Part shown: piece by piece, positions 46,286-56,451 of the stretch | How positions within the stretch are numbered: position 1 is the stretch's first letter | Layout: each line of letters begins with the position of its first letter | Notes under the pieces: model-generated | Databases searched by the model: none | What the model was told of the DNA's origin: nothing | What the model saw: the letters and a program-made list of their open reading frames with translations, nothing else | Translations under genes and position numbers: made by a program | Assembly (NCBI GenBank): GCA_012522505.1 | Contig: JAAYKJ010000197.1 | Location: forward strand, 44-64,043 | Length of the DNA stretch: 64,000 nt | Reading direction: 5' to 3' | Source of the DNA: Clostridiaceae bacterium | GTDB taxonomy: Bacteria; Bacillota; Clostridia; DSM-8532

Positions 46286-47875
46286 ATGAACAAGATTGAA
46301 TATTTGAAGGCACTGAAGGAAGCACTTCAACACATAGACATCTCTGTAATGGAAGAGATTGCTGCGGATTATGAGGAACATTTTCAAGTTGGAATGGAAA
46401 ATGGCAAAAGTGAAGAGCAGATATGCGAAGAATTGGGATCCATCGATGATTTGGTTAAGGAAATCAATGCGGTATATAATACCGACAAAAAGGAGTATTC
46501 TTACGAGGGAACAGACAATCAACAGGCGTATTCAGCAAGGGACACGGATGACACAGGTTATGACGGCTCTGCTCCGAACAGAATCAGCGATGTCATTAAT
46601 CGCGTTCTGGATTCAACCAGTGATGCGATCAATCAGGCTTTACATGCAACCAGTGAAGCTATCAGTAAAGTTGATACAAATGAAATTGGCGACCGGTTGA
46701 AAAACACTCTGGAGGAAGCAACTTCCCGGTTGAGTGATTTGGCAGAAAATGGCTACAGGAAACATTTCGGTTCATTTGATCCCAGTACCATATATCGGGA
46801 TAACATCAGCAAAAGCTATGATAATGTTGAGCCAGGGGGTCAAAAAATAAACCTTGTTGTGGATGGGATCTGTGCCAATGTCGTTGTAAAGGAATCCACC
46901 GACGACAAAATAAATATCCGCTATGAAAACAATGGAAGTGAAAGACAAAGGCAAAAATACGCGTTCTACAGCTTCATGGAAGGCAATACTGTTTACGCGG
47001 GAATCCGAAATGCTGGTAATGCGGTCTTCATGTTTAATTTAAAGGCCTATGCCATCACCATTTATTTGGAAGTTCCCAGCGGAATAGGGGTTGTTGATAT
47101 CAAAACAGCAAGCGGAGATATCCGAGCTGATCACGTTAGCCCCGAACGTTTTTATGCTGATACAGCAAGCGGAGATATCTCGGTCGGCCGGATTGAGTTG
47201 GAAGAGCTTAAGCTCAACAGCGCCAGTGGAGATATCCGGATACAGGATGGCAACAGCGTACATGTTAAGGCAGTAACAATAAGTGGAGACATTGAGGCTA
47301 AAAATCTTACAGCAAAGAATCTCTCTCTCAAAAGCACCAGTGGAGACGTGGATGCTAATAATACGGTTGCTGACAGCATTGAGTATTACTCCCTAAGTGG
47401 GTCTTTGGACAATACCCGCTTAAGAGCAGAAAAATGCCGAATCAAAAGCACCAGTGGTGATATTGAAATTTCTGATTCCTCCATAAACAATGCTGATGTT
47501 AGCAGCATGAGCGGTGATATTGATCTTACCAACATTGCCGGTGATAGCTTAAGTGTGAAGAGTACCAGCGGAGATGTAGATCTTGATGCAAATGTTAGAA
47601 GGTGCCAGGCAAGCTCAAAAAGCGGGGACATCGATGCGGTACTAAACGGTGACGTGGCTTTGGAGTCAGATTCTACCAGCGGCAGCATCAATATCCGTCT
47701 GAAAAACTATGGCAATGGGTATCGCATTAAATCAAGAACTGTCTCTGGAATCCTATCCATTCAATACAGTGATCTGCATCAAAGAAATTTGAAAACCGGA
47801 ACGTATGCCTATGGAAACCAAGGAAGTGAATTGATACTAAGTTCGATAAGCGGTGATATCCGGGTAAAGGACTAA
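46286..47875 (+). CDS. DUF1700 (HAAS-type) N-terminal domain fused to a DUF4097 beta-strand-repeat domain
   Basis: N-terminus MNKIEYLKALKEALQHIDISVMEEIAADYEEHFQVGMENGKSEEQICEELGSIDDLVKEI. The C-terminus carries about 11 SGDI/SGDV repeats. GGGAGG-6nt-ATG at 46286. Confidence 0.8.
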   Translation: MNKIEYLKALKEALQHIDISVMEEIAADYEEHFQVGMENGKSEEQICEELGSIDDLVKEINAVYNTDKKEYSYEGTDNQQAYSARDTDDTGYDGSAPNRISDVINRVLDSTSDAINQALHATSEAISKVDTNEIGDRLKNTLEEATSRLSDLAENGYRKHFGSFDPSTIYRDNISKSYDNVEPGGQKINLVVDGICANVVVKESTDDKINIRYENNGSERQRQKYAFYSFMEGNTVYAGIRNAGNAVFMFNLKAYAITIYLEVPSGIGVVDIKTASGDIRADHVSPERFYADTASGDISVGRIELEELKLNSASGDIRIQDGNSVHVKAVTISGDIEAKNLTAKNLSLKSTSGDVDANNTVADSIEYYSLSGSLDNTRLRAEKCRIKSTSGDIEISDSSINNADVSSMSGDIDLTNIAGDSLSVKSTSGDVDLDANVRRCQASSKSGDIDAVLNGDVALESDSTSGSINIRLKNYGNGYRIKSRTVSGILSIQYSDLHQRNLKTGTYAYGNQGSELILSSISGDIRVKD

Positions 47876-47884
47876 ACTCCACGA

Positions 47885-47919
47885 GAATGCCCTTAAGATC
47901 CCCTGTCTTAGGGGCATTC
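47885..47919 (+). terminator. hairpin after the DUF4097 gene
   Basis: GAATGCCCTTAAG-9nt-CTTAGGGGCATTC with one mismatch and no clean T-run. Confidence 0.45.
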
Positions 47920-47976
47920 TTCAAAAAAGCTTACGCATTAGGCGAATGATTCTACCATTTCTATTTTGGCGGATAA

Positions 47977-48178
47977 TTATAAAATGCTACTTCAGTAACA
48001 GGTCAAGGCTTGTGGTGCGTTCCAGTTGGTACGCACCTCTAGTGGTGGATTGAAACCCGTCGCTGAAGTATCGGTTTATCCCCGCCGATTCGAGCTTTTT
48101 AGCTTTCGCGGCTAAAATACACTTCCTCTATTCGTGGCCTTTAGGCCACACGAGGCAAGTCTTAGGAACATTTGATAA
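47977..48178 (+). repeat. MITE-like dispersed repeat, copy C (complete, 202 bp, with a ~49-bp internal insertion)
   Basis: The ends are TTATAAAATGCTACTTCAG and CTTAGGAACATTTGATAA. The right 130 bp are collinear with copies A, B and D. The extra segment 47996-48044 contains the palindrome GGTGCGTTCCAGTTGGTACGCACC. Confidence 0.85.
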
Positions 48179-48196
48179 ATCATGCCTTATTCAGCG

Positions 48197-48421
48197 TTAT
48201 GCACGTAAGGATGCCTTTTGTCCATCATCCTGAGAAGTTTTCACTTGCTGGCTGCACAAGGTGACACTCGGACAGCTGGCACAGTTATGGCTGCAGCTGC
48301 ACCCAATGGATTTCCCACTTTTTCGTTTCTTGATCAGACCTGTTGAAATCCACACGACAATTCCCAGAATCGCCGCACTTATAATGATATTTGCAAGGTT
48401 TTCAACAATAAATGTAAGCAT
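48197..48421 (-). CDS. FeoB-associated Cys-rich membrane protein
   Basis: 74 aa with one TM and then the CSCSHNCASCPSVTLC cluster, immediately downstream of feoB. Confidence 0.8.
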   Translation of the reverse strand: MLTFIVENLANIIISAAILGIVVWISTGLIKKRKSGKSIGCSCSHNCASCPSVTLCSQQVKTSQDDGQKASLRA

Positions 48422-48445
48422 ACAGGTTTCCCTCCTTTATCAACA

Positions 48446-50593
48446 TCATACCCTCACGGGAGAAGCAGTACCTGAGGACTCGTTTTCGCGCTGCGGGCGA
48501 ATCAGGAAGTACAGGAATGCTGCCGCAACAATCAGTGCTGCAACCGTACCAAACCCAAAGTTGCCGGAAAACAGACTGCCAAACTGATAGATGCACAGTG
48601 AAATCGCATAGGCAAAACCGGTCTGATAAGCAACAGCGAACCATGTCCATTTTGGGTTGTTCATTTCACGTCGGATAGCTCCAATGGCTGCAAAGCAAGG
48701 TGCACACAGCAGGTTAAATACCAGAAAGGAATAAGCCGAGAGTGCTGTGAAGCTACCTGCCAAAGAGCCCCATATTTCCATTCCGTCTTCGGAAACTTCT
48801 GCGAAGTTATATAGCACACCAAAGGTGCCCACAACATTTTCCTTTGCCACTAATCCAGTGATTGTCGCCACTGTAGACTGCCAGTTCCCCCAGCCAAGCG
48901 GTCTGAATATCGGTGCAATTAAGTTCCCGATAAAGGCCAGGAATCCGTCCTCCAGGTTCTCAACCAAAATCAGCCTTCCATCGATAATTCCAAACCCCGA
49001 CGCAAACCAGATAAGAATGGAGGAAAGCAAAATGACCGTTCCTGCCTTCTTGATAAAAGACCATCCCCGTTCCCACACGCTGCGTAGCAAATTAACCAGT
49101 GTTGGCATATGGTAGGCTGGCAGTTCCATAACAAATGGAGCAGGATCACCGGCAAACATCCTTGTTTTCTTCAAGATAATTCCTGAACAGATGATGGCTG
49201 CGATCCCTACAAAGTAGGCACTCGGTGCCACCCACCATGAGCCGTTGAACAGGGCTCCTGCGATTAGAGCGATGATGGGCAGCTTAGCCCCACAGGGCAT
49301 AAAAGGTGTTGTCATGATGGTCATTCTGCGATCCCGGTCGTTTTCAATGGTTCGAGATGCCATAATTCCGGGCACACTACACCCTGTGCCAATGAGCATA
49401 GGGATAAAGGATTTACCCGACAAGCCGAACTTGCGGAAGATCCTGTCCATGATGAAGGCGATACGCGCCATATAGCCACAAGCCTCAAGAAATGCCAGGA
49501 ACAGGAACAGCACAAACATCTGTGGGACAAATCCCAATACTGCGCCAACGCCACCGATGATACCATCCAGAATCAGTCCCTGCAGCCAGTCAGCAGTTCC
49601 AACCGAAACCAGGAAACCTTCCACAGCGGGGGGGATAATTTCCCCGAACAGCACGTCGTTTGTCCAGTCGGTTACCCAGGTCCCCACGGTGGTCACCGAT
49701 ACAAAATAGACGATAAACATGACCACTGCAAAAATAGGTAATGCAAGCCATCTGTTGGTAACCACTCGATCGATTTTGTCGGAAACCGAGAGCTTACCTT
49801 TGCTTTTCTTCTGGTAGCAGTCTTTGATGATCGAGGCAATGTACAGGTAACGTTCGCTGGTGATAATGCTTTCGGAATCATCATCCATTTCAGCCTCACA
49901 CCGTTTGATATCCTCCTCAATATGCGCTATCAGTGAATCTTCCAGTTGCAGTAGCTCCAGTACTTGTTGATCCCTTTCAAACACTTTGATAATAAACCAA
50001 CGCTGCTGGTTTTCAGGCACCTTTCCTTCCAGAGCTTCCTCGAGATGGGCGATGGCATGCTCCACGCTGCCTGAAAAGATATGCTGCGGCACAACGGTCG
50101 TACCCTTTTGAGCCAGATTGACGACTTTCTCTGCGGCATCATGAATGCCGTTGCCCTTCAGCGCTGATATTTCCACAACAGGGCAATCCAGTTCCTTTGA
50201 AAGCCGATCGATGCATATTTTATCACCGGTTTTTTGAACCACATCCATCATATTGATTGCAACCACCATGGGGATCCCCAGTTCAGTCAGCTGTGTGGTC
50301 AGATACAGGTTCCGCTCCAGGTTGGTTCCATCAATAATGTTCAATATCGCATCCGGACGTTCATTAATAAGGTAGTTGCGGGCAACAACTTCCTCCAGCG
50401 TATATGGTGAAAGGGAGTAAATACCGGGTAAATCCACAAGAACAACATCTTTATGGTTTTTCAGCTTACCCTCCTTTTTTTCAACAGTCACACCCGGCCA
50501 GTTACCAACAAACTGGTTTGAGCCCGTCAGCGCGTTAAACAATGTGGTCTTGCCGCTGTTGGGGTTACCTGCCAAAGCAATTTTTATTGCCAT
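48446..50593 (-). CDS. feoB: ferrous iron transporter FeoB
   Basis: N-terminal G-domain GNPNSGKTTLFNALTG, DLPGIYSL, and a large polytopic permease domain. Confidence 0.97.
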   Translation of the reverse strand: MAIKIALAGNPNSGKTTLFNALTGSNQFVGNWPGVTVEKKEGKLKNHKDVVLVDLPGIYSLSPYTLEEVVARNYLINERPDAILNIIDGTNLERNLYLTTQLTELGIPMVVAINMMDVVQKTGDKICIDRLSKELDCPVVEISALKGNGIHDAAEKVVNLAQKGTTVVPQHIFSGSVEHAIAHLEEALEGKVPENQQRWFIIKVFERDQQVLELLQLEDSLIAHIEEDIKRCEAEMDDDSESIITSERYLYIASIIKDCYQKKSKGKLSVSDKIDRVVTNRWLALPIFAVVMFIVYFVSVTTVGTWVTDWTNDVLFGEIIPPAVEGFLVSVGTADWLQGLILDGIIGGVGAVLGFVPQMFVLFLFLAFLEACGYMARIAFIMDRIFRKFGLSGKSFIPMLIGTGCSVPGIMASRTIENDRDRRMTIMTTPFMPCGAKLPIIALIAGALFNGSWWVAPSAYFVGIAAIICSGIILKKTRMFAGDPAPFVMELPAYHMPTLVNLLRSVWERGWSFIKKAGTVILLSSILIWFASGFGIIDGRLILVENLEDGFLAFIGNLIAPIFRPLGWGNWQSTVATITGLVAKENVVGTFGVLYNFAEVSEDGMEIWGSLAGSFTALSAYSFLVFNLLCAPCFAAIGAIRREMNNPKWTWFAVAYQTGFAYAISLCIYQFGSLFSGNFGFGTVAALIVAAAFLYFLIRPQRENESSGTASPVRV

Positions 50594-50688
50594 TGATCCA
50601 TCCTCCTTTGTTTCAAATTTTCTGACGCATATTCCAATTTCTGTACAATTTGCGCAAGCGTTAATGAATGAATTTTTCTACTCATGTT

Positions 50689-50708
50689 TGGTTAGTTCCG
50701 ACTAACCA
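50689..50708. promoter_or_regulatory. palindromic operator candidate TGGTTAG-N6-CTAACCA (site 1, between feoA and feoB)
   Basis: TGGTTAGttccgaCTAACCA. The same half-sites and spacing recur at 51356-51375. Confidence 0.45.
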
Positions 50709-50784
50709 ACGGGTACAAAAACTTTGTCTACACGCTATGTATGCAGTACTACGTACCGCCAACACAGAGGTCAACTGCATCCCC

Positions 50785-51006
50785 TTACTGAACCAGAATT
50801 AGTTCAGCATCTGACTTGCGCAGAGATAGTTCATATCCACGAACGGTTATTTCAACAGGATCTCCCAGCGGAGCGAATTTCCGCATATAGATTTCCACCC
50901 CTTTTGTGATCCCCATGTCCATGATTCTTCGCTTGATCGCGCCCTCACCTTTAATGGCTATTACAGTAACTGTCTCACCGCACTGAACATCTTTTAATGT
51001 TCTCAT
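50785..51006 (-). CDS. feoA: FeoA family protein (second copy)
   Basis: From M at 51006: MRTLKDVQCGETVTVIAIKGEGAIKRRIMDMGITKGVEIYMRKFAPLGDPVEITVRGYELSLRKSDAELILV. The ORF-track start at 51192 overlaps the first feoA and is unlikely. Confidence 0.85.
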   Translation of the reverse strand: MRTLKDVQCGETVTVIAIKGEGAIKRRIMDMGITKGVEIYMRKFAPLGDPVEITVRGYELSLRKSDAELILVQ

Positions 51007-51031
51007 ATCGGATATCCCCTTTCTGCTCGAT

Positions 51032-51244
51032 TCACACCATGATTTTATTCGCCATCTCACGACTGACGGCAACCCTGGATTCTTTGATGTTGACGATAAC
51101 ATTCCCGCCAATTTCATTGACGACGGTAACAGTGCTCCCCGCAACAAAACCCAGCTTCTCCAGAAATAGTTTTGTTTCTGGTCTGCCACCAACCTTTTTA
51201 ATGCAATTTTCCTCTCCTACCTTTGCCAACGTTAAAGGCATCAT
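51032..51244 (-). CDS. feoA: FeoA family protein (first copy)
   Basis: MMPLTLAKVGEENCIKKVGGRPETKLFLEKLGFVAGSTVTVVNEIGGNVIVNIKESRVAVSREMANKIMV. Confidence 0.85.
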   Translation of the reverse strand: MMPLTLAKVGEENCIKKVGGRPETKLFLEKLGFVAGSTVTVVNEIGGNVIVNIKESRVAVSREMANKIMV

Positions 51245-51262
51245 GAATCATCTCCCTTGCTT

Positions 51263-51281
51263 GGTTAATTTATAATTAACC
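51263..51281. promoter_or_regulatory. palindrome GGTTAATT-tat-AATTAACC in the feoA 5' UTR
   Basis: Seen directly, 19 nt upstream of the feoA ATG. Its half-site is related to TGGTTAG. Confidence 0.3.
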
Positions 51282-51350
51282 CGTAATCAAAATTCGTAGG
51301 TTTTAACCGCGTTTAAATCTATTGGTACACCGAAATCAACAATTTTATTC

Positions 51351-51380
51351 GGAACTGGTTAGGCTTGCCTAACCAGTTCC
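51351..51380. promoter_or_regulatory. 30-bp perfect palindrome containing TGGTTAG-N6-CTAACCA (site 2), DtxR/IdeR-box-like
   Basis: GGAACTGGTTAGGC-tt-GCCTAACCAGTTCC. The core GGTTAGGC..GCCTAACC resembles the DtxR consensus TTAGGTTAGCCTAACCTAA. It lies in the divergent feoA/dtxR-like intergenic region. Confidence 0.5.
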
Positions 51381-51411
51381 AGAGTAGCACAAGACTAACC
51401 ACCTGTCAATA

Positions 51412-51435
51412 TGATAATGAAAATTATTTTCATTA
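51412..51435. promoter_or_regulatory. Fur-box candidate
   Basis: GATAATGAAAATTATTTTC matches 16 of 19 positions of GATAATGATAATCATTATC, and contains the perfect 10-1-10 palindrome TAATGAAAAT-t-ATTTTCATTA. It adjoins a minus-strand TTGACA. Confidence 0.55.
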
Positions 51436-51496
51436 AGGTACCTGCTGCTCTTCCACTCCTATCCACGCAGATGACTCTCCTGCGCTGTCATCATAG

Positions 51497-51530
51497 TTTA
51501 TCAAATGCTCCCAAGACCACGAACAGAGGA
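51497..51530 (-). repeat. short remnant (F) of the MITE-like repeat
   Basis: TTTATCAAATGCTCCCAAGACCACGAACAGAGGA equals the TIR plus CCACGAA.AGAGG of reverse-oriented copies, with an internal ~14-nt deletion. Confidence 0.55.
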
Positions 51531-51623
51531 TTTTCATACACACACTTATGAGAAGCACAGGTTTGCTTTGTATCGGAAGCTATGCTATTCTGTGGTTAGT
51601 GGCAAATAACTGAAGAAGAGGAG

Positions 51624-52010
51624 GTGCCAGAATTGAAAATGTATGAGTCCGCTGAGATGTACCTTGAAACCATACTTGTCTTAAGCCGACGGAAGCCTGA
51701 AGTCAGATCCATCGATATTGCACATGAGCTTGACTATAAAAAGTCCAGCGTCAGTGTTGCCATGAAAAATCTACGAAAAAACGGGTATATTGAAATGGAT
51801 AATGATGGGCACATTACCCTAACCAAAAAAGGAAGGGAAATCGCAGAAACCATATATGAAAGGCACATCCTCATCGCCGATTGGCTTATCCGTATGGGTG
51901 TTGACAAGGATATTGCTGCAGCAGATGCCTGCAGGATTGAACATGTGATCAGCCCGGAGAGCTTTGAGGCCATGAAAAAGCACGTGAATCAAATGGACCA
52001 ATGTCCTTGA
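51624..52010 (+). CDS. DtxR/MntR family metal-dependent transcriptional repressor
   Basis: Contains MYESAEMYLETILVL...RSIDIAHELDYKKSSVSVAMKNLRKNGYI...LTKKGREIAETIYERH...EHV. The start is ambiguous (GTG 51624, TTG 51633 or ATG 51639). Confidence 0.85.
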   Translation: MPELKMYESAEMYLETILVLSRRKPEVRSIDIAHELDYKKSSVSVAMKNLRKNGYIEMDNDGHITLTKKGREIAETIYERHILIADWLIRMGVDKDIAAADACRIEHVISPESFEAMKKHVNQMDQCP

Positions 52011-52077
52011 ACTTTTGCTTCCATTCTGTCTTATATTCGTATACCAATGATATACAACACTTCTGCATCTGAAAAAG

Positions 52078-52121
52078 AGGTGAAAGCCAGGAAAATATGT
52101 GGGTTCACCTTGTCTTTTTTT
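52078..52121 (+). terminator. rho-independent terminator after the dtxR-like gene
   Basis: AGGTGAA-19nt-TTCACCT followed by TGTCTTTTTTT. Confidence 0.5.
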
Positions 52122-52390
52122 ATAACCTTCTCAAAACAAACTATGCGGGCAAATTGCTTTCGGAATGAGCGATAAAAACATTTCAAGTGAAAACTTTGCA
52201 AAACCCAACATGAAGGCACAAACATGTATCCGCATTCCATGATATGAGACTGCTTTGTATTCCTGAACGAACTGTGATGTTAAAAACTTGTCCAATGTTG
52301 CAAAACTGTCGATGACTTTCACATTCCTGAAGAGGCTGTATGTTAAAAAAACCAGGTGCCCCACCACTTTACATATTTACAAAAAGGATG

Positions 52391-52441
52391 TTGATTATTT
52401 TTTGGGGAACAATTATAATGTAATTAGTAAAATGCTTTTAC
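52391..52441 (+). promoter_or_regulatory. promoter candidate TTGATT-17-TATAAT followed by the palindrome GTAAAA-tgc-TTTTAC (operator candidate)
   Basis: The hexamers are at 52391-52396 and 52414-52419, and the 15-bp perfect inverted repeat is at 52427-52441, just upstream of the PfkB-kinase operon. A ROK regulator is encoded divergently at the other end of the operon. Confidence 0.45.
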
Positions 52442-52465
52442 AAACTGGAGGGCAGGTTCATTATT

Positions 52466-53960
<1,495 letters not shown>

Positions 53961-53962
53961 GC

Positions 53963-55159
53963 ATGAAAAAATCCGTCGTTTATGGAGCTGGAAATATCGG
54001 ACGGGGTTTTATTGGGCAATTATTTTCCGAGTCAGGTTATGAGGTTGTCTTTATTGATATTAATCAAGAATTGGTTGACAGGTTAAACTCCAATGGAAAG
54101 TACCCTGTGCAGATTCTTGACCCAAGGGAAAACAAAGAGTTTTATGTTGAAAATGTGAGAGCGGTAAATGGTAGGTGTCTTTCTGTTTCTGCCGAAGAGA
54201 TTTCCAATGCTGATATCATGGCGACATCGGTAGGGGTAAACATTCTACCCGAAATCGCAAAAACGATAGCAGCTGGATTAAAAAAAAGGTGGCGGGATGG
54301 AAATACCGAACCTTTAAATATTATTATCTGTGAAAACCTTATCGGTGCTAACCTGCTTTTGGCCCAATGGATTGGAAATGACTTGGATACTTCCGAGTAA
54401 AAACTGCTTTCTGAACGTGTCGGTTTTGTGGAAGCATCAGTAGGAAGAATGGTTCCGGTAATGACAGATCAGATGCGCCGGGGAAATATTGCAAGGGTAT
54501 GTGTGGAAGAATATTGTGAACTTCCTGTCGATAAAGATGGGTTTAAGGGTTCGATACCCGATATTAAACATATGATCCCTTTTTCTCCTTTTAGTTTCTA
54601 TATTCAAAGAAAGCTATTCATTCAAAACATGGGGCATGCTCTGGTTGCATATCTGGGAAAGTTGAAAGGATACATTTTCATTTGGCAGGCGATTGGAGAT
54701 CCACATATCAGACTGACGGTGATGAAGGCCATGCAAAATTCAGCTGTATCCCTCTCGAGGGAGCATAAGGTGCCATTGGACACGATCCTTGCATATATTG
54801 ATGATTTGGTCTACCGCTTTGGAAACAAGTTACTTGAGGATACCATCAACCGTGTAGGGCATGATGTAAAAAGAAAGCTATCTGCCAGCGACAGGCTGAC
54901 AGGTGCTGCAAGGCTATGTATGAATCATGGTATTTTTCCATCGAATATTTGCCTGGGTATTGCGGCAGCAATGCATTTCGACCGTAACATTCAGAAAGAG
55001 CGCCCTGAAAGGATACTGGAAGAAATCTGCCTGATGCAACAAGGGGACCCGCTTAAAGAAAAAATTCTTGAATTTTACCAGCAGATTGAAAACCGGGTTA
55101 ATATTAATCGTATGATGGAAGAAGCATGGGATTTCAATCAGGCCAAAGCTGTCTGCTAA
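53963..55159 (+). pseudogene. mannitol-1-phosphate 5-dehydrogenase-like (MtlD family) gene interrupted by one in-frame TAA at 54398-54400
   Basis: ORFs 53963..54400 and 54428..55159 are in the same frame. The joined product reads ...GANLLLAQWIGNDLDTSE*KLLSERVGFVEASVGRMVP... and is collinear with E. coli MtlD (...[26 protein letters not shown]...). The N-terminus is VYGAGNIGRGFIGQLF. Confidence 0.75.
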
Positions 55160-55209
55160 AAATGATTAAGGAACCTGAAATACAGCCATGAAATAATAAT
55201 AAGCACGGA

Positions 55210-56451
55210 TTAGTGGCCCTCCTCAAATCCGTCGCCAAGAAACAACTGATTCAACACCAAGGCTGCCGAACCAACAATCGGGGCCTTATCTTTGAAGGCG
55301 GAAATTTGAACCGGCACTTCTTTATACTTTCTGCTGATAGTCCTCTCTTTGATATACGATTCCATTTTTTCGGTCACGATTCTGCCGGCGATGGCTATAT
55401 CATGTCCAAGAAAAATCACGCTGGGATCGAAAAGATTGATCATTGAAACAATACCGATAGAAATATACATGCAAAGCCTGTCTATGATATTCAGAGCCAG
55501 CATATCCTTTTCCATAGCACATCGAACAATATCTCCCCATTGTACGAAATCATATTCTTTCAGTGCAGAGTTAATCCCCTGCTCAAGAGAAATCTTCGCC
55601 TGCTTAACGATTTCAGGGATACTGGAGTAGAGCTCCAGGCATCCTGTATTGCCACAATCGCACTTGGGCCCTTCATAATTTATCGAAATGTGCCCGATTT
55701 CACCGCTAAAACCCATTTCTCCAGCATAAAGGGTGTCGTTTGTAATGATCCCCGAACCAATCCCATTGGTCACTCCAACATAAACAAAGTTACTGATATT
55801 CCTTCCTTTACCATACAATTTTTCAGCAAGGGCAGAAGCATTCATGTCATTATCTACAATTACGGGGTATCCGAATTTTTTCTCAAGCCACTGCCCGATT
55901 GGAATAGAACTAAGATGAAAAAAGTTTGGCGGTTGCAATATAATGCCTTTTTTGTTGTCCAACGGTCCAATACATGAAACCCCAATACCCAGAATTTTTT
56001 TCCCTGCTGCTCTTTTCGTGCTGAGGATTTCCCTCGTTATTCCAGTGATTTTGTTTAGAAAGGTCGAGTTCGTTTCTTCGATAGTGAAATTACATTTTAC
56101 CTCGGATAGGATTTCACATTTCAGGTTGGAAAGAATTGATACAGCATAGTCTCTGGAAATATATAGCCCTATAACCGCATATGTTTCACAGTCAGGAACT
56201 AAAACAACGGGGGTCCTTCCTGTTGACGGTTTTTTAAGCTTAGATGGGCTTTCTTTCTGTTCTCTTACAAAACCGTCGCGAATCAGCTCAGCTACGATAT
56301 TTGATATGGACATTTTACTTAGACCGGTCTGCCTGGCAATACCAATCCTTGAGACATTTTCTCCTGTACATATCAACCTAAAAACAAGCGCTCTGTTCCT
56401 GATTTTTGTATTGTGATTGTTTGAACCATGGTTCGTGTTTTTTGTTTTCAT
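55210..56451 (-). CDS. ROK family transcriptional regulator (N-terminal wHTH plus sugar-kinase-like domain)
   Basis: Contains SRIGIARQTGLSKMSISNIVAELIRDGFV, then the ROK core with GHISINYEGPKCDCGNTGCLE (zinc Cys motif). The start at M 56451 is preferred over 56523. Confidence 0.85.
   Translation of the reverse strand: MKTKNTNHGSNNHNTKIRNRALVFRLICTGENVSRIGIARQTGLSKMSISNIVAELIRDGFVREQKESPSKLKKPSTGRTPVVLVPDCETYAVIGLYISRDYAVSILSNLKCEILSEVKCNFTIEETNSTFLNKITGITREILSTKRAAGKKILGIGVSCIGPLDNKKGIILQPPNFFHLSSIPIGQWLEKKFGYPVIVDNDMNASALAEKLYGKGRNISNFVYVGVTNGIGSGIITNDTLYAGEMGFSGEIGHISINYEGPKCDCGNTGCLELYSSIPEIVKQAKISLEQGINSALKEYDFVQWGDIVRCAMEKDMLALNIIDRLCMYISIGIVSMINLFDPSVIFLGHDIAIAGRIVTEKMESYIKERTISRKYKEVPVQISAFKDKAPIVGSAALVLNQLFLGDGFEEGH

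Noticed and set aside
47977-48178. The dispersed ATTGAAAC-containing repeats as a CRISPR array
   Set aside because: The copies are kilobases apart and in both orientations. They are about 150 bp long with TIRs, have no regular spacer architecture, and no cas genes occur in the window.
51351-51380. The 30-bp perfect palindrome as an intrinsic terminator
   Set aside because: It has no T-run on either side and lies between two divergent promoters rather than after a gene. The same TGGTTAG-N6-CTAACCA core recurs at 50689-50708, which favours a protein operator.
54398-54400. Stop-codon reassignment (TAA read as sense) to explain the split MtlD-like gene
   Set aside because: TAA terminates other well-supported genes at family-typical lengths (for example the SBP gene at 39589 and the Tex-like gene), so the standard bacterial code applies.
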